Shown piece after piece: positions 28,412 through 37,528 of a DNA stretch of 41,784 nucleotides (the first letter of the stretch is position 1; the number at the start of each line of letters is the position of its first letter). Source of the stretch: Chiloscyllium plagiosum. Taxonomy: Eukaryota. The notes under the pieces were generated by a model. The model ran no database searches. It saw nothing but the letters and a program-made list of their open reading frames with translations, and was not told the DNA's origin. The translations under genes were made by a program, and so were the position numbers. The stretch lies in contig NW_025214668.1 in NCBI RefSeq assembly GCF_004010195.1, positions 6,652 to 48,435 of the forward strand, given 5' to 3'.

Positions 28412-30669
28412 TATGCCATGATCTCAGTGAGTACAGGATCAGCCATGACCTCAGTGAGTAGGGGATGAGCCATGATCTCAGTGAGTTGGTGATCAGCCAT
28501 GATCTCAGTGAGTTGGTGAACAGCCATGATTGCATGAGGAGGACATCAACCATGATCACAGTGAGTACGAGTTCAGCCATGATATCAGTGAGTCGGATAT
28601 CAGCCATTTTCTTAGTGACTAGGGTATCAGCCATGGTCTCAGTGAGTAGGGAATCAGCCATGGTCTCAGTGAGTAGGGGATTAGCAATGCTCTCATTGAG
28701 TAGGAGATCAGCCATGATCTCAGTGAGTAGGGGATCAGCCATGATCTTCGTGGGTAGCAGATCAACCATAGTCTCAGTAAGTCGGATGTCAGCCATGACC
28801 TCAATGAGTCGGGGATCAGACATGGTCTCAGTGAGTTGGAGATCAGCCATTTTCTCAGTGTGTAGGAGGTCAACCATGATCTCAGTGAGTAGGGAATCAG
28901 CCATGATCTCAGTGAATAGGGGATGAGCCATGATCTCAGCGAGTAGGGGATCAGCCATGATCTCACCACGTACTGGATCAGCCATGATCTCAGTGAGGAG
29001 GAGATCAGCCTTGATCTCAGTGATTAGGAGATCAGCCGTCATCTCAGTGAGTAGGGGATCAGCCATGATCTCAGAGACTGGAGGTCAGCCATGATTTCAG
29101 TGAGTAGGGAATCCGCCTTGGTCTCAGCGAGTAGCGGATCAGCCATGATCTCAGTGAGGAGATCAGCCTTGATCTCAGTGAGTAGGAGATCAGCCATGAT
29201 CTCAGTGAGTAGGGGAATCAGCCATGATCTCAGTGAGTAGGGAATCAGCCATGATCTCAGTGAGTAGGGAATCAGCCATAATCTCAATGAGGAGGTGATC
29301 AGTTATGGTCTCAGCGAGTAGGGGATCAGCCATGATCTTAGTGAGTAGGGGATCAGCCATGATCTCAGTGAGTGGGGAAATGCCATGATCTCAGCAAATA
29401 GGGGATCAGCCATGATCTCACCGAGTAGCTGATCAGCCATGATCTCAGTGAGGAGATCAGCCTTGATCTCAATGTGTAGGATATCAGCCATGATCTCAGT
29501 GATTGGGGATCAGCCATGATCTCAGTGAGTAGGGGATCAGCCATGGTCTCAGTGAGTAGGGGATCAGCCATGATCTCACCGAGTAGCGGATCAGACATGA
29601 TCTCAGTGATTAGAGGATCAGACATGATCTCAGTGAGTAGAGGATCAGCTCTGATTTCAATGTGTAGGGGGTCAGACATGATCTCAGAAAGTAGGGGATC
29701 AGCCATGATCTTACTGAGTAGGTGATCCGCCATGGTATCAGTGATTAGGTCATCAGCCATGATCTCAATGAGTTAGTGATCAGCCATTCTCTCAGCGAGT
29801 AGGTGATCAGCCATGATCTCAGTGAGTTAGTGATCAGCCATCCACTCAGTGAGTAGGGCATCAACAATGGTCTCAGTGAGTAGGAAGTTAACCATGATCT
29901 CAGTGAGTAGAAGATCAGCCATGATCTCAGTGAATCGGGGATCAGCCACAATCTCAGTGAATCGGGGATCAGCCGCGGTCTCAGTGTGTAGGGTATCAGC
30001 AATGGTCTCAGTGATTAGGGGACAGCCATAGTGTCAGTGAGTAGGGAATCAGACATGGTCTCAGGGAGTAGGGGATCAGCCCTGACCTCTGTGAGTAGGG
30101 GATCAGATATGGTCTCAGTGAGTCGGGTATCAGCCAGGGTCTCAGTGAGTAGGGGATCAGCCATGATCTCAGTGAGTAGGGAATCAGCCATGGTCTCAGC
30201 GAGTAGGGGATCAGCTATGATCTCAGTGATTGGGGATCAGCCGTGATCTCAGTGATTCGGGGATCAGCCATGATCTCAGTGAGTAGGATATGAGCCATGA
30301 TCTCAGAGAGTAGGGGATCAGCCATTGTCTCAGTGAGTAGTAGTTCATCCATGATCTCAGAGAGTAGGTGATCAGGCATGATCTCTCTGAGTAGGATATC
30401 AGCCATGATTTCAGTGAGTTAGTAATCAGCCATCCTCACAGTGAGTAGTACATCAGATATGGTCTCAGTGTGTTGGAATTCAGCCATAATCTCAGTGAGT
30501 AGGGGTCAGCCAAAGATCTCAGTGAGTAGGGAAACAGCCATGATCTCAGTGATTAGGGGATCAGCCATGGTCTCAGTGATTAAGGGATCAGACATGATCT
30601 CAGAGATTAGGGGATCAGCCATGGTCTCAGTGAGTAGGGTATCAGCCAATGTATCAGTGAGTAGGAGGT
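28412..30669. repeat. 27-bp tandem satellite array, right part
   Basis: The same unit resumes in register after the TSD and ends abruptly at about 30669. Confidence 0.96.
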
Positions 30670-31859
30670 TCATTGAATGAGGGAGTGAAACTCGTTGCAC
30701 TGAATCAATAAATGTAGTTTGATTCACTGAATCAGTGTGTGAAACTCGTTACACTGAATCATTGAATTAGTTTGTTTCATTTAATAAAAGAGTGAAGTCG
30801 ATTCTTTGAAGGGAGATTGTTTCACTGAATGAACAAGATCAGCTAAATTCATTGCATGCATGAGTGAGGTTTGTTTCTTCGAGTGAATGCGTGGTTACTT
30901 TCATTGAATGAATGAATGTAATTTGATTTATTGAATGGATGTGTGAAACTCATTTCACAGAATTAATGATCGTAGCTTAATTCATTGAACGAGTGAGTGA
31001 AACTCGTTTCAGTGAATCTCTGAATATAAGCTCGGCTCATTGCATGCAGGGATGAAGTCTGTTTCTTCTAATGAATGCTTGAAGTTAATTTCAGAGAATT
31101 ACAGAGAAAGTACTTTGATTCATTGAATGTGTGCGTGAATCTCATTTCGCTGTGTCAAGGAATGTTGCTTAATTCATTAATTGTGTGAGTGAAACTCGTT
31201 TCATTGAATCTATGAGTACACATTGAGTCACTGACTTGACTGAGTCGAGATGAGCATGAATGAATTCAGTTTGTTTCAACAAATGAATGTGTGAAATTAA
31301 TTTCAGTGAAAGAATTAATTTGGTTTGGTTCATTGAATGATTGAGTGATACTCATTTCACTGAGTAATTGAATGTCGTTTAATTCATTGAATGTTTGAAT
31401 GAAACTCTTTTCATTGAATCTGTGAATATAGAATGTCCGTGTCGATTCGGTCACCCGAGATAGAAATGGAAAGGTCTAGGAAGGGGAGGGAGGAGTCTGA
31501 GATGGTCCAGGTGAATTTGAGGTCGGGGTGGAAGGTGTTGGTGAAGTGGATGAACTGTTCAACCTCCTCGTGGGAGCATGAGGCAGCGCCAATACAGTCA
31601 TTGATGTAGCGGAGGCAAAGGTGGGGGTGGTGCCAGTGTAGCTGCGGAAGATGGACTGTTCCACATATCCTACGAAGAGGCAGGCATAGCTGGGGCCCAT
31701 GTGCGTGCCCATGGCTACTCCTTTGGTTTGTAGGAAGTGGGAGGATTGGAAAGAGAAGTTGTTCAGAGTGAGGACCAGTTCAGTCAGTCGAAGGAGGGTG
31801 TCAGTGGAAGGGTACTGGTTGGTACAGCGGGAAAGGAAGAAGCGGAGGGCTTTAAGTCC

Positions 31860-32174
31860 NNNNNNNNNNNNNNNNNNNNNNNNNNNNNNNNNNNNNNNNN
31901 NNNNNNNNNNNNNNNNNNNNNNNNNNNNNNNNNNNNNNNNNNNNNNNNNNNNNNNNNNNNNNNNNNNNNNNNNNNNNNNNNNNNNNNNNNNNNNNNNNNN
32001 NNNNNNNNNNNNNNNNNNNNNNNNNNNNNNNNNNNNNNNNNNNNNNNNNNNNNNNNNNNNNNNNNNNNNNNNNNNNNNNNNNNNNNNNNNNNNNNNNNNN
32101 NNNNNNNNNNNNNNNNNNNNNNNNNNNNNNNNNNNNNNNNNNNNNNNNNNNNNNNNNNNNNNNNNNNNNNNNNN
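31860..32174. other. Assembly gap (315 N)
   Basis: Run of N. Confidence 0.99.
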
Positions 32175-32479
32175 TTCCGAGGGTGAGAGGTTGGAGTGGG
32201 TGAGAGGGGTGGAGAGGTTGAGGCGGTTAATGTCACGGCAGCAGTTAGCTATGAAGAGATCGAGGGCGGGTAAGAGGTGGATGGGATGTGTTTGAGGTGG
32301 GAGAAGGGGTCGTCAGAGGGTGGGCGAGAGTCTTGGTTGAAGAAGTAGGCGCGGAGGCGAAGGCGGCGGAAGAATTGTTCAATGTCACGCCGCATGTTGA
32401 ACTCGTTAATCTGAGAGCATAGGGGACTGAAGGTGAGGCCTCTGCTGAGGACTGATCTTTCACCCTCAGAGAGGGGAAG

Positions 32480-32674
32480 TTCTGGAGGGATGGTGAAAAC
32501 ACGGCAGGGCTGGGAGCTAGGACCTGGTGTGGGGCTGGATCTGGGAGTGGGGGCGGGATTGGGCGTGGGGTCGGGAACGGATTTTCTGGAGGGATGGTGA
32601 AAACACGGCAGGGCTGGGAGCGAGGACGTGGTGTGGGGCTGGAGCTGGGAGTGGGGGCGCGGTTGGGCGTGGGG
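32480..32674. repeat. Internal direct duplication (period 104 bp) in the PLE N-terminal region
   Basis: TTCTGGAGGGATGGTGAAAACACGGCAGGGCTGGGAGC starts at both 32480 and 32584. Confidence 0.85.
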
Positions 32675-32690
32675 AGCTGGGAGTGGGATG

Positions 32691-33771
32691 ACCGACTCCC
32701 ACAGACTACACCTCCTCCCACCCTGCCCCCTGTAAAAACGCCATCCCATATTCTCAATTCCTTCGTCTCCGCCGCATCTGCTCCCAGGAGGACCAGTTCC
32801 AAAACCGTACAACCCAGATGGCCTCCTTCTTCAAGGACCGCAATTTCCTGCCAGACGTAGTCGACGATGCCCTCCACCGCATCATTTCCACTTCCCGCTC
32901 CTCCGCCCTTGAGCCCCGCCCCTCCAACTGCCTCCAGAACAGAACACCACTGGTCCTCACCTACCACCCCACCAACCTCCATGTACAACATATCACCCGC
33001 CGTCATTTCCGCCACCTCCAAACGGACCCCACCACCAGGGATATATTTCCCTCCCCTCCCCTATCAATGTTCTGAAAAGACCACTCCCTCCGTGACTCCC
33101 TCGTCAGGTCCACATCCACCACCAACCCAACCTCCACTTCCGGCACCTTCCCCTACAACCGCAAGAAATGCAAAACTTGCGCCCACAACTCACCCCTTAT
33201 GTCCCTCCAAAGCCCCAAGGGACACTTCCATATCCGCCACAAATTCACCTGCACCTCCACACACATCATCTATTGCATCTGCTGCACCCGATGTGGCCTC
33301 CTCTATATTGGGGAGACAGGCCACCTACTTGCGGAACGTTTCAGAGAACACCTCTGGGACACCCGGACCAACCAACCCAACCACCCCGTAGCCCAACACT
33401 TTAACTCCCCCTCCCACTCCACCAAGGACATGCAGGTCCTTGGATTCCTCCATTGCCAGACCATGACAACACGACGGTTGGAGGAAGAGCGCCTCATCTT
33501 CTGCCTGGGAACCCTCCAACCACAAGGGATGAACTCAGATTTCTCCAGTTTCCTCATTTCCCCTCCCCCCTACCTTGTCTCAGTGAAATCCCTCGAACTC
33601 AGCACCGCCTTCCTCACCTGCAATCTTCTTCCTGACCTCTCCGCCCCCACCCCACTCCGGCCTATCACCCTCACCTTGACCTCCCTCCACCTATCGCAAT
33701 TCCAACGCCCCTCCCCCAAGTCCTCCCTACCTTTTATCTTAGCCTGCTGGACACACTTTCCTCATTCCTGA
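32691..33771 (+). pseudogene. PLE RT thumb, Cys-rich linker and GIY-YIG endonuclease, with an in-frame stop at 33073-33075
   Basis: DYTSSHPAPCKNAIPYSQFLRLRRICS; F*KDHSLRDSLVRS; NRKKCKTC; IIYCICCTRCGLLYIGETG..LAERFREH...PVAQHF...GTLQPQGMN. ORFs 32818..33075 and 33199..33771 share a frame. Confidence 0.9.
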
Positions 33772-33799
33772 AGAAGGGTTTATGCCAGAAACGTCGATT
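33764..33799 (+). ncRNA. Minimal hammerhead ribozyme (partly degenerate) in the Neptune-type PLE 3' end
   Basis: ATTC-CTGAAGA-A-GGGT-TTAT-GCCA-GAAAC-GTC-GATT: CUGANGA at 33768-33774, GAAA at 33788-33791 and a GUC cleavage triplet at 33793-33795. Stem II is weakened by a mismatch. Confidence 0.72.
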
Positions 33800-36700
33800 C
33801 TCCTGTTCCTTGGATGCTGCCAGACCTGCTGCCCTTTTCAAGCAACACATTTTCAGCTCTGATCTCCAGCATCTGCAGTCCTCACTTTCTCCAAGAACAG
33901 CTAGAGTCATTGCATACATGCATGAAGTTCATTTGTTCGAATGAATGCGTGAGATGAGTTTCATTGAATGCATGAATGTAGTTTGATTTATTGAATGAGT
34001 GTCTGAAACTCATTTCACTGAATCAAAGAATGTAGCTTAATTCATTGTATATGTGCGTGAAACACATTTCCGTCAATCTACTGACTCAAATCACTCGAGT
34101 CATTGCATGCATTGAAGTCTGTTTCTCCGAATGATGGTGTGAAGTTGATTCCATTGAATGAATGAAAGTAATTTGGTTTCACTGAGTCAAGGAATGTTGC
34201 TTAATTCATTAATTGTGTGAGTGAAATTCGTTTCATTGAATCTATTAGTATAGATTGAACCACTGACTCAACAAGATGAGCTCGAGTAATTGCATGAATG
34301 AATTCAGTTTGTCCCTACAAATGAATGCTTGAAGATTATTTCACTGAATGAATTAATACAGTTTGAATCGTTGAATGATTGAGTGACTCTCATTTCACTG
34401 AGTAATTGAATGTCGTTTAATTGATTGAATGATTGAACGAAACTCTTTTAATCGAATCGGTGAATATAGAATAACAACAAGATAAGCTCGAGTCAAAGCT
34501 TGAATGAATGACGTTTGTTTCCACGAATGAATGACTCAAGTTAATTTCATGGAAAGAAGTCGTATGACTTCCGGAATGAGTGTTCGAAAGCCATTTCACT
34601 GAATTACGGAATGTAGCTTAGTTCACGAATGAGTGAAACTCGTTTCATTGAATCTGTGAGCATAGATTTATTCAGGGGATGAACGAGAAAAGCTCATGAA
34701 TGAATGCAGTTTGATTGTTCAAATGAACGCGTAATGTTTATTTCATTGAAAGAATGAACATAGTTCATTGAATGAGTGAGTGAAACACGTTGCACTGAAT
34801 GAATGCAGTTTGATTCACTGTATAAGTGAGTGAAAGTCCTTTCACTGAATCAAGGAATGTAGTTTGCTTCATTGAATCAGTGTGTAACTCGTTACACCGA
34901 ATCATTGAAAGTAGTTTGTTTCATTTAATGAAAGGGTGAAACTCGCTTCTTTCAAGGAAGATGTTTTCACTGAATGAACAAGATCAGCTAAGTTCATTGC
35001 ATGCATGAATGAAGTGTGTTTCTTCGAATGAATGCGTGAAGTTGGTTTCATTGAATGAATGAAAGCAGTTTGATTCATTGAATGAGTGAGTAAAAGTCGT
35101 TTCATTGAACCTATGAATATAGACTGATTCACTGAATGATAGAAAAAAGCTCCAGTCATTGCATGAATGAATGCAGTTTGTTTGTTCAAATGAATGCGTG
35201 ATGTTTATTTCATTGAAAGAATGAACGTAGTTTGATTGATTGAATGAGGGAGTGAAACTCCTTTCACTGAATCAAGGGATGTAGTTTAATTAATTGAATC
35301 AGTGTGTGAAACTCGTTTCACTGAATCAATGAAAGCAGCTTGATGCATTGAATGAAAGTTTCAAACCCGTTTCTTTGAATGTTGGTTGATTCACTGAATG
35401 AACAAGATCAGCTAAAGTCATTGCATGTATGAATGAAGTTTGTTTCTTCGAATGATTGCGTGAGGTGAGTTTCATTGAATGCATATATGTAATTTGATTT
35501 ATTGAATGGGTGTGTGAAACTCATTTCACTGAATCAATGATTGTAGCTTAATCCATTGAATGAGTGAGTGAAATGGATGTGTGAAGTAAGTTTCATTGAA
35601 TAAATGAAAGTAGTTTGACTCATTGAATGAGTGAGTGAAACTCGTTGCACTGAATCAATGGATGTAGTTTGATTCACTGAATAAGCGAGTGAAACTCCTG
35701 TCATTGAATCAAGGAATTTGGTTTAATTCATTGAATCAATGTGTGTGAAACTCGTTTCACAGAATCATTGATAGTAGTTTGATTTATAGAATAAGAGAGT
35801 GAAACCCGCTTCTTTGAAGGTATGTTGATTCACTATATGAACAAGAACAGCTTGTTCATATAGTGTGAAGTTTATTTCTTCGAATGAATGCGTGAGATTA
35901 GTTTCATTGAATGCATGAATGTAGTTTGATTTATTGAATGTGTGTGTGAAACTCATTTCACTGAATCAAAGAATGTAGCTTAATTCATTGTATAAGTGCG
36001 TGAAACACATTTCAGTGAATCTATGAATATAAGCTCGACTCATTGCACACAGTTATGAGGTCTGTTTCTTCTAATGAATGCGTGAATTTAATTTCAGAGA
36101 ATGAATGAAAGTACTTTGATTCATTGAATGTGTGCGTGAATCTCATTTCGCTGTGAATGTTGCTTAATTCATTAATTGTGTGAGTGAAACACGTTTCATT
36201 GAATCTATGAGTACACACTGATTCACTGACTTAATGAGATGAGCTCGACTCATTCAGTTTGTTTCTACAAATGATTGCGTGAAGTTAATTTCATTGAAAA
36301 ATTAATTTGGTTTGGTTCATTGAATGATTGAGTGATACTCATTTCACTGAGTAATTGAATGTCGTTTAATTCATTGAATGTTTGAATGAAACTCTTTTCA
36401 TTGAATCTGTGAATATAGAATGATTCAACCAATCACCGAGATACGCTCGAGTCAGAGCTTGAAAGAATGACATTTGTTTCTACCAATGAATGAGCCAAGT
36501 TAATTTCACGGAATGATTGTCTTTTGATTTATTGAATGAGTATTCATAACCAATTTCACTGAATCAACGATTGTAGCTTAGTTCATTAAATGATTGAGTG
36601 AAACTCGTTTCATTATATTTGTGAGCACAGATTAATTCACGCAATGAACGAGTTCAGCACGAGTGACTGCATGAATGATTGAAGTTTGCATCTTCGTATG

Positions 36701-37211
36701 GATGGGTGAAGTAAGTTTCATTGAATGAATGAAAGTAGTTTGTCTGATTGAATGAGTGAAACTTGTTGCACTGAATCAATGAATGTAGTTTGATTCACTG
36801 AATAGGTGAGTGAACCTCCTTTCACTAAATCAAGGAATTTAGCATAATTCATTGAATCAGTGTGTGAAACTCGTTTCACTGTATCATTGATAGTAGTTTG
36901 ATTTATAGAATAAGAGAGTGAAACCCGGTACTTTAAAGGTAGGTTGATTCACTAAATGAACAAGAACAGCTAGAATATTGCTGTTCTAGCAATGAACAAG
37001 AACATTGCATGCATGTATGAAGTGTATTTCTTCGAATGAATGCGTGAGATTAGTTTCATTGAATGCATGATTGTAGTTTCTACAAATGAATGCGTGAAGT
37101 TAATTTCTTTGAATGAATGCGTGATGTTTATTTCTTTGGAAGAGTGAGCGTAATTTGATGCATTCAATGACTGAGTGAAACTCATTGCACTGAATTAATG
37201 AATGTAGTTTG

Positions 37212-37528
37212 GGGAGGCATGGTGGCTCAGTGGTTAGCACTGCTGCCTCACAGCACCAGGGTCCCAGGTTCGATTCCAGCCTTGGGTGACTGTGTGGAGT
37301 TTGAACATTCTCCCCATGTCTGCTTGTGTTTCCTCCGGGTGCTCCGGTTTCTTCCCACAGTCCAAGGATGTGCAGGTCAGGTGAATTGGCCATGCTAAAT
37401 TGCCCATAGTGTTAGCTGCTTTAATCAGAGGGAAATGGGTCTGGGTGGGTTACTCTTGGGAGGGTCGGTGTGGACTTGTTGGGCCGAAGGGCCTGTTTCC
37501 ATGCTGTAAGGAATCTAATCTAAAACAA
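37212..37528 (+). mobile_element. tRNA-derived V-SINE (HE1-like, elasmobranch)
   Basis: tRNA-like head with Pol III boxes; central V-domain-like GTGTGGAGTTTG..CATTCTCCCC...TTTCCTCCGGGTGCTCCGGTTTC.TCCCACAGTCCAA; LINE-like tail GGGCCGAAGGGCCTGTTTCC..ATCTAATCTAA. Confidence 0.9.
37223..37277 (+). promoter_or_regulatory. RNA polymerase III internal promoter (A and B boxes) of the SINE
   Basis: A box TGGCTCAGTGG at 37223-37233; B box GGTTCGATTCC at 37267-37277. Confidence 0.85.

Larger units (their letters stand above)
31432..32690 (-). pseudogene. PLE N-terminal domain and reverse transcriptase core (frameshifted, gapped, catalytic YIDD seen as YIND)
   Basis: ERSVLSRGLTF...FFRRLRLRAYFF (around 32340-32460); LVLTLNNFSF..HFLQTKGVAMGTHMGPSYACLFVG; after a frameshift LRYINDCIG...FHPDLKFT....LPFLDLSI....DTDI. 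Confidence 0.87.
31432..33892. mobile_element. Penelope-like retroelement (Neptune-type) with an inverted 5' portion
   Basis: GC-rich block inside the AT-rich satellite. The minus segment 31432-32690 carries the N-terminal region and RT core; the plus segment 32691-33892 carries the thumb, a Cys-rich linker, GIY-YIG and a 3' end with hammerhead. Includes an N gap. Confidence 0.88.

Noticed and set aside
28167..29066. Satellite-PLE fusion protein (299 aa)
   Set aside because: A chance in-frame junction at the 5' truncation point; two of three minus frames of the satellite are open, and the ORF stops before the endonuclease.
1..30669. CRISPR array
   Set aside because: The 27-bp units are head-to-tail with no unique spacers, there are no cas genes, and the context is vertebrate.
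316..30727. The many MADPLLTEI, SAMISVSRG and SLRSWLIPY ORFs as genes
   Set aside because: They follow automatically from a stop-free unit whose length is a multiple of 3. They overlap on both strands and switch frames at indels.
37212..37285. tRNA gene
   Set aside because: It has A and B boxes but continues into the V-SINE core and LINE-like tail, so it is a SINE head.
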